From NCBI GenBank assembly GCA_040954595.2, contig CM082591.2:1463745-1527744 (forward strand): 64,000 nt of DNA, given 5' to 3'. The translations under genes were made by a program, and so were the position numbers. Position 1 is the stretch's first letter. Every line of letters begins with the position of its first letter. This DNA comes from Balanoglossus misakiensis (taxonomy: Eukaryota > Animalia > Hemichordata). Of the stretch, positions 35,387 to 50,657 are shown in pieces. The notes under the pieces were generated by a model. The model searched no databases, was not told where the DNA came from, and was given only the letters and a program-made list of their open reading frames with translations.

Positions 35387-38300
35387 ATGGGTGAAGGGTG
35401 TTTTAGGTGTTCCAAGTACATGTTGGTGATATATAACTTCATACTTTTGGTGAGTATGAAACTGACTATACCCGAGCAACGCGCGAGCGCGATTGGACGC
35501 GGCGTCTGTCCGCGCGCGAGCGCGTCAGTCGCGGAGTTTTAATAGGATTTGCCGTGAGACTCTGCTATATTTGCTGGTTGTAGCTATAGCAGGGCCTGGT
35601 TTTAAACAACGACCGGTAAAAGGCTTCGTGCAGATTGAAGCGCGGGTCCCTAAGCATTATCGGCTATATTAGAGCACTGGTAATGATTTGATCAGTATGT
35701 TTTCGCACAGTAACCGAGCGCCCGTTTTGTGAGACGCGCAACAGACTAGACCGCACAGATCGACAGGACGCTCATCAATGATCGCATTCAGACCCGGAGA
35801 TATCGATGTGCAACTGGTAGTGTAAACAAACCGGGTCGTGGAGTGCAAGTGTGAGCTCCTGGTCGCCTGATTCACCTGTACACGTGTATGCCATGTTGAT
35901 AAGCTTAAGCCACGTTTGCCAAACAGATAAAAATGATATTCTGTCCTGGGCTGATATCTACCCTGGATGGTCGGGTCACTCGAGGATACAGGCGCGTCTT
36001 AAAATAAGATGATTTAGAATAGCTGTTTCCCGGTAGATAACAGCTAGGTGTAGGCCCATTATCTGTTGCGGCAATCAGTTTTTCAGTTCCGCCTGAGTAA
36101 GCTACGTGATTCTTCATATTTTTGCGTCTCATCCAACATTCTGCAGTTGTTTTAAACTCGCCCGGTCGCGTCAAATGTTCATTGCACTTTGCGGCCTTGC
36201 GATGCGCGCTATTTCATGTTTCTTTCAGGAACACTGAACATGTTCGTTGCATGGGAATTTTCACCCGCAGAGCAGCAAGGGCGTGGGTGTCCGCAATGAA
36301 ACCAATGGTACCGGGGGAAATATAAAATACATGCCGGCAGCATAAACACAAAGAAAGCCCGGCGAGCAGTTGAATCATGGATGGAAAAATCCTCATCGAT
36401 AAAATTCCTGCCAATTCGGTGGAATAAACCGCAAACACTACTCAAAAATATTTGGTCTCAATCGTCTGCTAGAGTTCCGAACCATTCGAAATTCTCTCAG
36501 AGTACGTACTGGTCAGCATTGCACAAATTATTTGTATTTTTTGAGATCAGAATACAGGCGATTATCGTTTAAAGTTTATCTCTTTGAGATAAACATTTGC
36601 TAGGGCGGGTTTGTTTTTCTTTTGGCAAAGTTTAACCAAGTAGATATTTAATACCGTAAAGGGAAGTAAAAAAATGTGTGACCTACATTTCTGAATCGTG
36701 ACATACTCAGAAGAAACCAAGTTATCTTGGTGTTTTAAAAAGCAATTTTACGTATGAAACTAATAATCAGAGCAGTGAAAATCAGTTATGAAGAAAAACA
36801 TTCTTGCAATTCCGATTTTGAAATTTGATAATTATTATTGTCTAATAAACGAAAATGGTCGTGATTTCAGCCTGTGATGTCTTATCCATGTCATGTGCAT
36901 ATAATGAAATGAAACAAAAAGAGAATCTAAAATATGTTTGTTTGAATTAAACGTATTAATAAGGTTGATAAATTGGCATATCTCCAGTATCTCACATATG
37001 TTTTTATTGATATGCGGATGAGATGAAAATGTTAGATTTAAAAATAGAAAACAGGAAGATATCATTCACTTAGAGGGACACTAGATATAAACATGCCTAA
37101 AGATTAGTTTTCACAAAGCCTGTATCACGGCAGACTGGTCTAATAGACGGGAGTTTTATTGATATTATATATTCATGAGATGCAAAAATAAGTTGCAAGT
37201 GTTCTACTCATTTGCATAAATGTATCTAAGTAAATACAGTGTATCATTATGTGTAACTCCATTACTCACAAACTATCTTTAACTCCATCTCGTATCCCCA
37301 TAACTTTCCCTGTTATTTTTTCCTAAATGAGTTCGTCATAGAATGTGACAAGAATAATTCATGACACTGAGGTCACACTGAGAAAACAGTATCAACGCCG
37401 AAATGAATTCATCTGATGTAACATTTAAACTATTTTTTTTAATACAAAAAGAATTTCTCTGTAAAATATTTTAATCTGCACATGGATAAAAGGCTAAGCC
37501 TCTCTGTTTCAATAGTTTGCTTCTGTACCATCACGAGTTGACGCCATTAATTTTACTCCACTGTGTCACAAAGTGGAAGTTTTTGTTGACTTTGAGGGAT
37601 TAGCTTACAAAACAACTTTAAAACAAGCCCAGACAAAAATGACTTCTTTGTGCTGTGGAGCACTAAGTGCTAGACTTTGCCGAACAACCCTCATTATTGA
37701 CCACTCATGGTGACTGTTGTCGCAACCTTTAGGAAGGAAGTCAAACTACTTTACTTGTCACTGGTGGAATTTTGAGCCTTTCACCATCTTATGATGTCCA
37801 ATTTTTCTGCTTTTGCTAAAATACTTTGAATTGTGATTGTATTATTATCAGTGTTATTCAAAATTACATGGAGTATTAATAACATACATGTAATTATGAA
37901 ACGTCATAAGTGTTCCATTAAAGCGTTCTAGTATACCCTTTCTTCTGGATCAGATAGTGACTTAATTGTCAAAGCAATACGGACACTTTCCATATTCAAA
38001 TTTAGAGAATCAGAGATGGTGAATTTGTGTTGTAAAAATAACTTTTTAGCTGGGAGCATCTGTAACAGAATCTGTCACGCAAGAAGCAACTAACAAACAA
38101 GACATTTAGTGGATGTACTTCGAGTTTGGAAATAATCTGTTTCCTGACCCCAAAATTGATAAATGTTAAACTGGTAGAAGATGCACAGGGCCGGCAAGTC
38201 ATTAAATGCCATGTATGCAGTGAAATCGAAGTCAGCAATGTTATGTGCAGAATGTGGAATTTAGTACAGCTGTTGTCGTCGCTCACTATGGATGTAAGCT

Positions 38301-41300
38301 GCAGTCTGATTGGTCAATGGTAGACTGGCTGTAGACCATCTGTGCATTGGGTCATTTTGACCTTTTTAGTACAACCTAGAAACATGTATGTTATAACTTC
38401 CATTATGTCCATCCCTAATTATCTATGTCCACCCAAATGAACTTTACCCTTTAAACTGTATATTAAAAGTTATGAACATTAAATACATATACTTTTATTA
38501 TATTTTTTCTGAACTTTGGTCTTTCTGGACAAAGTTGCTGGTCCCCACTCCCCACATATTTGTACATGTGTGTTTTTGTCCCATTTTAAAGTTTGTTGCA
38601 TTGTATATAGTCATGTACATTTAAGAATTAAACTTTCACATACCTCACTTGAAGTTACTGATAGATTGGATAGGACAAGAGAACCTTATATTTTCACAAT
38701 GAAATCACAATTTCAACACACTTACAATGACCTTTGACACAAGGCCCTGCTCATAAATTTCAGGTCCATTGAAACTCCATATCAGTCTATTCACCTTCAT
38801 TCATACTGAAACAAGTAGCTATCCCCCTAGGGAAACAGTCTCCATTAAGACTTAAAAGCCTTTTTAAATGGCATAGAAATAGAGCTACTGGCTAAATATA
38901 GCCCTTCTGAAGGTTAAGCTGGACAGTCTGTGCTCCAGTATAGTTTGTCTGGTATCGTGGGTATACCCTGATTTTATAAGCTTAACTGTAGGCTACTTTT
39001 AAAGGCTCTAGGAAGATCTAATCGGTGTACAGTTTGGAGTGTTCTTAGTTTGTAATTCATCCACGCAGAATGCTCTTGTGGACTTCCTTGTTCCATGAAA
39101 TTTGCCGGGAATCATTTCATTTGGACGGTCATTCCATGATAATATATTCTACGGAGGAAATGAAGCAATCAGAAATCTTTCCGGGCACTGACTTTTACAA
39201 CTCGATTTCCAAACTTGATTTTCATCAATCTAATTACACTCTCAAGAAATTACCTTGAATTAATACATACACATGTCATTTTGCATACAAATATACAAGT
39301 GGTTTCAGAGAATTTAAATAGAGTGTGATTTTGCAAATGCTTGCTCATTATTTCTCAGTCTGTGAGATGGCTTGAGTGATTCTTAGAGCCTGACCGTAGT
39401 CAGTACAGCTACATTGGCAACGCACGTTGTGATGTTTTGTTGCCAGGAAGTTATATTGTGTTCTTCCTGGTGCAAATTCCTTGTACTCTATTTTAATGGA
39501 TTTAAGAACAGGTGTTTTCAAAACGTGCGACGTGTTTTGAGAATCAGCCACAAATTAGGCAAGTGTCCATTTGATACCCCGAAGGTCAAGTGTTCATGTT
39601 CCCCCTCGAAGCCATAACAAGCTTCAGAAAACTCCCAAGAGAAATAAAAGAGGGCTAAAATTTTCTGTTTAACATTTATAGACATTGAGTGATACAAACC
39701 AAACTGAGCTAGTGCCCTATATGCTTCCATTAGCACACTAAACTGGAAATGTTTACCCAAATATTAGGGGCCCAGACCAGGGTTGGAGTCTCAAGGTTTT
39801 CCCACAGAGGTCAATATCATTCCTGAAATGCCAATTGTAAAAAAATCAAATCCTGTTATCAAGAGAGTACATTTCTTTATCATTTTTAAACCGAAGTCTA
39901 AATCTTTAAAATTTGAGCCTTCTGGTGAGAAGAGAAATGGGAATTGTTCTAAAGTAGTAATTGCCATGGTTACACTGACCCTATCAGATTCAATTCACAA
40001 ACAGTCAAACTGACACAGTCAGTGTTAATATTTCATCAATGCAAAATTTTAACAAACTGTTGATCGGTGCAATAAATCTGAAAGCTTTGGTGCGTTCCAA
40101 TATTGCTTCATGAATATTTGATACTGAAGACATCAGTTTCTGTTAAATAATGCATGCCACTCATATAACCTCTGCCGGGAGGTCTTTGTACGAAATTTGT
40201 TGTCATTCAGATCACTGTTCGACGGCTACCACTCTGAACTTTGACTGATCTGCCATTGTGATCATCACTATACCCAGCTGGTTTTTCCCCAGATCAATTA
40301 TTGATTAAACTAGCTTATTGATTGTCTCATGACAAGATTGATGATGAAATTTCATTGTATCTATTTGTTATCAGTGATTTATAGAACTGTATAGAATTCT
40401 AAAGATTGTTTTCATAAGGGTTCTGGTCATGATGATATAGTTTGTGATACACACGTGTAACAGTAATAAATTTTGCAGTGTATTGATAAATCTCAAGGAT
40501 TGTTCTTTTTTATCAGAGACACCGTTTGATTACAATCTCTCCTCTATGGATGAATGAATTTCCCACCTGCTGTAATTACTGGCTCTGTCACAGAGATGTG
40601 TACGGTAATTGTACACTAGGCTCTACAGTGCTTGCATAAACACAATGACACGTACAGGTTCAACTTATTTTGTACACCAAGAAACACTTCCACGGACAAG
40701 TGCTGCGACAAAAGAGACAGAAATAGAAAACAGAAACGGAGTCGAGACACTTCCGGTTACATTAAAGTATTTCCATCTCCTTGAAACTCAGCAGTACCTG
40801 TTTGGTGTACATGTACTCTGTGTGTAGTCTGTTTATTAGGATAGTAACAGCTGGTACATACCAAATGGGCCTTTACTGACCTTTTGACGGCCAGAACAGA
40901 GGTCACCTCTGCTTGTCTAGATCAAAATGAGGTCACCGATTAAGGTTCAACTGGTGCATACAGTAGGATATGTGCAGTATACAAAATTTGACCAGATCAC
41001 AGTGAATAAATAAATAAAGAAATAGGACTGATAAATTTCTGGATTTCGTAAAAAATGTTTCACAGTTTCCAAAAATCGAGTCAATGTCAGATATGACATA
41101 CCGATCACGCCTATATTTTCAATTCTACATTCACAGACAGAAGATAACACTCCTCAGCCTATTACTATGTATTTAAAGCTGTTAGGTTTAGAACTATAAT
41201 CATTGATAGACGACATCTCTTATTAACACCCGTTATATGAATACCAGTAACCTTTGAGATACTGCAATTAAATGATGTGAACATGATGGTTGTGAATTCT

Positions 41301-43929
41301 TGTCTATTTCTGGTGGTGACCTTTGTGAGGGCAGGTCACAGCGCCACTCTATGAAATATGTGACTGCTCATTAAATGTTTATCAAAAGGAAAAAGTTTGT
41401 AATCATCCATTTGTCAATCGTTAAATAGTTTTTTCTTGAGAATGGGAGTCTCTGTTTCCTAAATTTTAATAGTTTATTTGACGTAAACATAAGTTATGCT
41501 GATTGTACCAGTGTATTTTGATTTTTCAACACTAGATTGATCCACAGTATCCAAGGTTACATTCTGAAATTTATCTCTCTCAGACCTCAATATAACCTAG
41601 AAGTACCCTGGCAATATGGAAGTAATCAGTACCAGTACAATGTATATACATCTTGGAAGAAGGACATTTATGTGGACACTTTACACTACAACACAGATCA
41701 CATCCGATGAGCTAGCACTAGGCTAGCAATGAGTTAACTGTACACAATACATATATTGTATTATATTAAAAGCGCAGCATATATTTTTGCTGTTAATTTG
41801 CCTCATGAAAATGCTTAATAAGTTTTACTGTTGATGCACAGCTATTACAATAATATTACAACAATAACTAATTATTCTCTTCCAATTTAATTGTTTCTTT
41901 TTCTATAGTTACTCGGTTGTGGACTGGTTGCGGTTGGAATGTGGCTACGATTCGACCCGAACATACAGGTATACGTCGACTCGGTGAGGGAACTGGAACA
42001 ATACTATCTGTTTACATACGTCATCGCAGGATGTGGAGCTCTCATGATTTTTGTCGGATTTATTGGATGTTGTGGAGCATGCTGTGAAAATCAGTGCCTA
42101 CTCTGTTTTGTAAGTTGCTGTTTTTACTGGCCAGAAAATTAGTTTAGTTACTTTTATCATTTGAAACCAACTGTGGGTATAGTCATATTGATTTCTCTTA
42201 CTTTAATAATGATTTTGAAATACAATTTCTTAACTTAACTTTAATATTGACAATTGCTTTGTACTTGTTTCAGTACTTCTTCCTGTTAGTCTGTCTGTTT
42301 ATCGTACAAGTCGGTGGCGGTGTGTGGATCTATTTCAACAAACATGAAGTGGTGTCTCGCATAGAAGTAGGATTCGCGTACTCAATTAAAAACCTCTACG
42401 GAGATGAAGGACAAGACAAAGTGACAAAGGCTGTCGATTCATTGCAAACAGAGGTAACACTTCCTTTATTGATTCATATACCTCTTTGATGACCTTTGAC
42501 CTCTGACCTTTCACTTTCTGTTTTATGCGGCATAGAAGTGGACACACCGTGATCGTAAAATGTTGTCTGAAATTTTGTCAAATCTGGGAACTTTTTTGAA
42601 ATGAAAGGTGTAAACTTAATTATGAATGCCTCATGAGTGTGCAACAGTCCAGGCAACAGACTATCATCATTGCCGCAAAACAAAATGGAGACAGGAAGTT
42701 AGACTATCACCATGGACACCTGAGGTCAAACACCCTCTAAGATCACTGCTAGCTATTTTCTACTTGTGGGATTTTAATACAATAACTTCATCAGATATAT
42801 TTTGAGAACACAATGCCAAACAAGAACCCAGTTACAAAAAGTAATGTACGTGTCTAGATCTCTATGGGTAACCTCTGACCTTTGACATCTTTTCAGGAGA
42901 CAGCATACTGACCTAATTAATCTCTCAATGGTGGCTGTAACCTCTGACCTTAAGGCATATACACAATACTATGCATCTGTATAAAGCCAATCCCAATGCT
43001 GCATCTTGCAAGATTTTCACTGCATTTTTTTGCCACTCTTCCAGTTTATGTGTTGCGGAGCCAAGGGCCCGGAAGATTGGGTGAATTCCACATACTCAGA
43101 AAAAGTGAAAAAACACAGCTTGCCGGACACTTGTTGCCAAGAAATCACCACAGACTGTGGAAACGGCAAAATCATTGATAATAAAGTGCCTATTGATGAA
43201 GGCATTCACACTGAGGTTGGTACTAAGTGTTTTCAGAAAATAAAAAAGGGTTACTGACCTAAACCTTAATGTTTATGGGACAAAAATTTACATACAAAGT
43301 GTATGTCTGTCAAATCTGTATGTCTGTCAGACTGGAGTCATTAGAAGAATGTCTATTTTGAGAAGTTTCTTTTTACAGACATTTCAAATCACTGGAGATA
43401 ATTCAACCGATCTTGCTCAGTTAGAATTATGGAAAGGGGTCCAATCTCGTCATTGGAGCGATCTGTGAAATGCCTATGGTCATTCTGTGTTTAAATCGTG
43501 TTTGTCTTATTTCTTTCCCTTACAGGGCTGTACCTACAAAATGGCCATTGCCATGCAAAGGAACTATGTTCTAATAGCTGGTATTGGTATTGGTGTGGGA
43601 GCAATACAGGTGGGTAGACTCAAATTTGCATCTTGAAGGAAATATGTGGTCCCACTAAAGTCTTGTGAAAGTGTTCGTCATGGAAAGTTCTTGTGGAAAG
43701 ATGTAAGCTCTGTCTGTTTGTAGGTATAAAACTACTTGGTAGAAAGTTTGATGTGTACCGCAAACAACCTTTATCCCCTTAAAATCTTTGTCCCTTTAAC
43801 CCTTATAACAAACAACACTTTAACTCACTCATTTTTCTGTTCTTTTTTCAGCTTCTGGGTATGATCTTCTCACTCTGCATGTGCTGTGCTCTAAGACGAG
43901 GCGAAAACAGGAAAGAATATGCATATTAA
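35387..43929 (+). CDS. Tetraspanin (258 aa, 6 coding exons)
   Basis: Exons 35387-35449 (MGEGCFRCSKYMLVIYNFILL), 41909-42109, 42274-42453, 43045-43215, 43526-43609, 43852-43929. Four TM segments, GFIGCCGA, CCG, PDTCC, EGC; 6-Cys large extracellular loop. The acceptor near 35368 implies upstream UTR exon(s). Confidence 0.92.
35460..36400. promoter_or_regulatory. CpG-rich island-like segment at the start of tetraspanin intron 1
   Basis: Dense CGCG runs (acgcgcgagcgcg...ccgcgcgcgagcgcg) followed by an abrupt switch to CpG-poor DNA after about 36.5 kb. Confidence 0.4.
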
Positions 43930-45896
43930 GATCCTTTACATTACCATAGCAACAGAGTCACCATCTTTTTATCTTACTTTTTTTTATCTTATTTTTGTTG
44001 AAAATCTACTTACATTGTACTTCTCACTGAAAACTACTGAATTGTCAATCTAGAAATATTAAAAATTATCAAGTATTGAGAGGACTTTTTAATGCAATAT
44101 TTAGCAAGATTACTTAGTCACCACGGTTAAAGTTGAAAGTTTACCTGAGATCAATGATTATTCTGCCACAGTTATACCATTACTTTTTGCAAGAAAATGG
44201 TATCTGTAATGAGAAATAAAAGGAAAGATGTGATTGGCTTGTCAGACCTGAATACTTGCAATATCATGTACAGCAGCCAATGATTGTTTATGAAACAAAT
44301 TGGCATTTATTGTAGTGGAAAATAGTAAATTAGAGTAGAGTGACTGTAGAGTATTTTCTATTGAGATTTTTGGAATCTTGTCAGTACGTAATAGTTGGTG
44401 ATTTTTAACCTTTCTCCTATTAAAATTTTAATCAGAAATTGAAATATCAAACAATTTCTTTATCCTTAGTTTGGCAATAACATATCAAGATTCATATAAT
44501 AGAGAACCAATCAGAGTTTTGATGTTAATCATGTGATATAATCTGACCAATCAAACATGTCTATATGAATGTCATAGGTGAAAGGTCAGGGAATAGGTCA
44601 AGGGTTATATGGTGTGACCTTTGTACTGATAAATAGAAATGAGAACATCCCCCATTTTATTATAGACTAGATGTGTTTGATGTGTCTTTTAAAATTATCA
44701 ATGTTGGAGTAACATATAAGATAATTATGCTTACTCAACGGTGACTTTGTAACAACAAAATAAACATTTAATTTTTACAGTTAAAAAGGTTAAGTAGGTG
44801 TTACGTAGATATGGTTATAACAGGCTTTTTTGCTGTTTGTTAAAATGTACAAAGCTAGTTGATCTTGTTAGTTTTCTAGCATTTTATTTTATCAAAACAA
44901 TATTGTTTTATTTCTATTGTTAATGTGAAATATGCTGTGATGCAATTTTGTACTCTGTAATGCAAATTTATCAATGTACGTTTTCTGAGGTGGTAAGTAC
45001 ATGTATGTCGTGTGGGGGCGCTGTCCACAATAACAGTTGCCATCCAAGATGTTACTTTAAATGACAAATTTAAGTTCACTGCCAAATTAGGCAACCAGGT
45101 GAACAAAATATCAAGTTTGATTACCCATTTCTATTCTGTTGTGCCTTGAAGGGTTTTTATGAGTGTATGATTTTGGTGTTGTGCACATTTGTTGTTTAAA
45201 CTTTGTATTACATTTGATAATTCTAAGTGTCATTAGAATCGACTTTGTGTACAAGGAAACTTGAGTTTTACATTTTGTGAATGTTCCTAGGTTTGCCTCA
45301 TTACTTGTAAAGTATCATAAAATTTCAGGGTATGTTCCAGCATAGTTGCGGCAAACATAACCATTGAACTTCAAAATAGTAAGAAAATGTTCCGACAGAG
45401 GAAAAATAGCGGACTTGACACTGCCAAGGCGAAATCTTGCCATAAATTTATTTCCCACATTTGCAAAATATAAAATATGAGCATTCATCATCTTATGTTA
45501 GTAGTTTTGACACATTTTAACATCTTGCATGGTAACCCTTATTTTGTCTGCTCTGTATTTTGATAGTTTGTTTCTCAGTTTGCAGAACAGAATGATCTAC
45601 TTGATCAAACTTGTTTTAACAGTACGTGTATGTTTTTCCTGATTTAAAAATTTACTTGCAGTATAGTTTTTTCAACTCATTTTACAGTACAAGCAGCTAT
45701 GGTACAGATATAGTGTTCTTATGTGCTAAATACGATTGACTGAAATTGTTACTGTACAAGTTTGTCAAGTAGTATTTGAATTGAGTATTTTAATTTTCCC
45801 CCAAAACATATTATACGAACCTATTTTGATACTCAATAAAAAATAAAAATTAAAGCAATGTCTGGCATTTATTTTGTTTTCTAATTATGGAAGTTT

Positions 45897-46235
45897 CTTG
45901 TAATTTGACGTGATCAATATCACTCCACAATAAAGAAATTAAAGTGTGATGCCAATTACAGTTTTAAAAATGCAATAAAAATATTTCCTACCTTCCTATC
46001 TACTCTATTTCTGAAGGGCTTGGATTACCTGTACAGGAAAGACAATATTTTTGTAATTTTGACTTGATCAAAATAACACCATAACATGGCGTGTCCAAGA
46101 TAAACAGAAGTCAAATGATTTGTTAAAAGAATATTTCCTACCTTCCTATCTACACTATTTCTGAAGGGCTTGGATTACCTGTACAGGGAAGACATTTTTA
46201 ATGTTGTCAATGATCTGAGCAATATCACACATACA
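45897..46235. repeat. Degenerate ~150-bp tandem duplication
   Basis: 65-bp core aatatttcctaccttcctatctac(t/a)ctatttctgaagggcttggattacctgtacagg(a/g)aagaca at 45980-46044 and 46130-46194, with weaker flanking similarity. Confidence 0.85.
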
Positions 46236-49200
46236 GCACAGTTGTTGAGAAAGGCTATTTTATTTATTGTAAAAATAACACCAATGAAATAGTTATTAAT
46301 AGGTATTAATATTGACTGTAAAAACATTACCATGATAACAATCACATAACATACTGTTTGATACCTCCTGAAGAAATTTGTTGTGTGCCAAATTAGATCA
46401 AATTCATTTGTGAACAAGTAAAAAATTTCATAAGGTGTGCATGTTTTTTTATCTGTAGCGATTCATTTTCAAGCCATCATAAGTTCATTTCAACATGTTC
46501 TGTACATTTTTGAGCAAATGTACAGAAGTTAAATTTGCATTTTTTGCAGTGTAGATGTAACCATGACACACACACAAGTTTCCATGGCATCCGTTGGTGA
46601 CAGAAGAGAACTGGGAAATCATATTTCGTAGGTTTGAGAGCTTCAAGGCCACATTTGAAAAAATAGCATCAAGGACACTGTGGTCCCATTTGAAAAACTA
46701 CCATGTGTATCCATGAAGTAACATATCACACATATCCATAGAAACAAACACTTGTATGAATAGCAGGAAGTAATCTTTAGTCATGTTAAAAGCCAACATT
46801 TGATTGATCAATAGAAACCAATTATAGTTCAATCAGCCAATCAAAACATGACTTCTATACCACCTTGGATTATTCGTAACAAACTTGATTATAAATGACA
46901 TCTTGTTCAATATGTGAATGTTGTTCCATGGACACTACTCGAACACTTGTTTTTTGGGTGATGAAAAGAACTTACTGATTATCTGTATCTTGATTACAGA
47001 TGCTTGCTCCCCAGTTCTGCTACCAAACAATTCATATACCACAACTCCATCTAATTGCAATCACTTTTACATTATTTACATCAGGACAATCTGACACTAG
47101 AAATAATTATTTGAGAAGACCTAATGAAAACCCCTCAGCAAACCAACCCTGATCACCTCTAGTATCAGAGTGGTCATGACTGGTTTTCCTTCGATTGGTT
47201 AGACTACATTCTTTAGAAGACTACATTACCTTGGAACATGATTGCTTGACTATAATTGTTAAATTTGTGAATACAAAATGTTAGACTATGAAAATGTTTA
47301 TCATCTATAGAAGATACCTGTGGTTGGCTCAACTCATATCTGTCAATCATTTTGACTGACAAAGTTGAATTCTGAAAAGTTAGAATTGTGATATTTTTTT
47401 TTAAAATTATTTGCTGAAGGCCCCAGTCAAGGCTCAAAATTGTGGCTGAATTCTACACAATTACTGAATATGCAATGATCTACACAAATACCTACTAGAA
47501 CCTATATTGTTCTACATAATGGGATGGTCCAATTGTTTTTATGACAACAGAGGACAGAAAAGAACATGAAAAGCAGCTGTCATAAAAATGTACACTCTCA
47601 GTATCTTGTGTTCGGGACATACCTAACATCGGAACAAAAAGCCATGCAAATTTTGTCAAGAATTGCTAAAACAAATGAATAAAAATACAATGCTAATTCT
47701 ATGTTTCCATAGAGACAATTTAAAATCACTGTTGCTTTTCCTGAGCTTCCTTGCTATGCACTATTTCCATGGCAACACAAAAACAAACAGTATCAACATC
47801 AGTGAAACAAATTGGTTTGAACAATCATTACCAAATCTGTGTCCGCTACGAGAACAGCAAAAACATTTGTGCTTTCATTGTAATCTATTAAAAAAATACA
47901 ATGCATGGTTCTACTGGACCTATACTGGCCATTAATGAATAATTCACTGAAAATATATATATAAAAAAATTATTATCACTATAAAAACCAATAAATACAA
48001 CAAGGTGTATCATGAATATATTAGCTTGACATCTACAATAAATACATTTCCTTTTTGTTAATACATGTAGTTGATCGTAAGAAAGATAATAGCTATTTAC
48101 CATGGCAAGAAATAGAGGACAAAATAATTACACCACCCTCCCCATTGTGAATTTGGAATAACCCAGTTTAATTCTATCTACTATGGGCTATACCAAGAAA
48201 CAGATAATGGAGGGGGTGTGAACAGAGGAGATATGGATACTAAGAAATTTCAAAAGGCAATCTGAAAATGTCTGCTTTACATGAAATTTGCATGAGAGAG
48301 TGGAGTATAACTTCTTGATCACAATAAGCCATTTTGTCATTCCTGCCTACATTTCGAATAAATTAATTCTATGAAATACTGTTTCGGGCCATCAGGTCAC
48401 AATATAAAAAGGCAACTGTTGTATGAGTTATACTGCACAGACAGACTGACTTGGTTTAACGATAACAAAACAGAACTCATCATTAGAATGTTGCATAATT
48501 TGTTTTGCTTTACATGTCTAATACAGTGGAGAAATAATTTATTCAAAATGGCCGACAGGTTATAATAGAAAGATCTGGAGTGCATACCTCAGATATGAAT
48601 GATGAAATTTACACATACTTAACTAGAGAAATTATTTCAGATTTCTTTTGAAAAATCCAGTGTGATAAGTCAACATGACATAAAGATTTTTACTTCCTCA
48701 AAAAACAACGGAAATTTTTCTCTCTTAAGCTTTCAGGGTTTGTATGATGATGACATATAATCAAGCTTTGTACAAAGCCTCACCCCTGAGTTCCATGAGA
48801 AATCTTCCTTCCCCTCTTGTTGAATGGAACAGTCCACAAATATCACACAAAGCAAAACTACACAGCAGGTGTCTATACTGAAAGAGGGGTTGGATTTCAA
48901 ACAAACTAGGGCACTTAAATTTCCAAGTGTTACAATTTGTTCTATCAGGCAAAGACAGGCAATGACACTTGAAAAACTAACCTATTTGTCTTTTGAAAAA
49001 AGTCATAAAATTACACATTTACAAAACATCAAATTTCCATACAATACACTATATATTTATAAACAAGGTAGCATCAACATACATCGATCATCTTTGAGTA
49101 AGACATTGCAGAATCAGAAGTTTGTAACTAAAGTGATTGAAAAAATTATTTATCTACCAAAGTCAAGAATATTAGATATAGAAAGACTTCATTAATAGTT

Positions 49201-50657
49201 CGTGATTTCCCCTTGTTAAGTTCATTATTTTGGTGACATGCAATATGCAGTTTTTTTATATGAATTTCAACTTAACAAAAAACTCATCACTTTATATTTT
49301 CTTAAAATGAGAAACAAAAATATAATTAAAATTGCATTTAATGGTCTCTCCCCTTATTTTACTTTTTGTTGGCCTCTACATTTCAACAGGAATTACTTGC
49401 TCCTTGCCGTTGAAAAGTTTACGCCATGTTTAATGATATGCAAATTAATGCATAATTTCAAAGCCCATTAACAAGGATTCTGCCTGGACACACTACAGAC
49501 TTCTGTTATCGAAGTCACTTATTATATGTTGTTTGCAGGTTTTAATTTACTGTTCCGCTAAATAACACCTTCCTCTCCATTAGCTATAATTATTTTATCT
49601 ATTTTTCTCTATTTTTATTGTGCCTGGTGGGTAATTGTTGTGTTACGATATAATCAAATCTGTCCAGACTTTTGAATGAGACTTTAGCAATCTATTCACT
49701 ATATACCACTTAAAAAAACAAAAGGTTGTTTTCTCAGATAGGAGGTAGAAATCTGGGACTTGATATACTCCTGGACTTTTCAGAAATATTTTAATATCCC
49801 AGGATTTTCATGATTTGTACGAGAGCTCTTTTTGTCATTTTCAAATGTGATATAGAAATTACAAGTATTCCTCAACTGTCTACTACTAATACTGACAGTC
49901 TTAATCTGCATACACAGTTTAACTTGTTCGATGAGAAATATGACAATATGGCAATTTACTTATGAAAATTTGACAAGACTTTAAAAAATCATGAATTTTA
50001 TGTCAGAAGACAAATATTTTTTTTGTTCAGATAAGCATCTCTGAAAGCTTTAAATTAAAAATTACTGAATAATTACTGAGTTCAATAACTCATATAATTC
50101 TGGTAGTGAAAGTGAGACAGTGGCTAATATATAGTGCATTACTTCAGTCAAAAATTCACTGGCTACAAAAAAATAGTTAGAAGTAAAAAATATATCAGTG
50201 CTGAATGTACTCTTTTGTGAGATAGAATGTCTACATTATATCCAAAATAAAATAGAGAATACACCTTTTAGTTTTATAATTACTAGAAGTGCCTTAGAAA
50301 AACCATGTGGGTGGGATAGGACTATACTTTGTCCCACTCACATCAGTCGTATTACAAAGTCTGACAAATTACAAAAATCACTTGCCAAGGACAGACCCTT
50401 GGTTGAACACAAGACCCAGATAAGATACATTAGCTCTTCATTAAAGAGGGAAATGATGCTCTGTTTTCGCTCTTCAAGAAGCGAGAGTCAGAACTACAAT
50501 GACAAACGAAAGTGGGTACATTACAATTCTAGAGAGGGCGCTATCGGGTAGCAATCTTCTGTCTACCAGGTTACTGTATAAAAAGGGCACCTGATTTTGT
50601 GTGATGCAAAAACTTCTGAATTTCTTGGTGATGTGTTTCCATGACAACTGGACTTGG

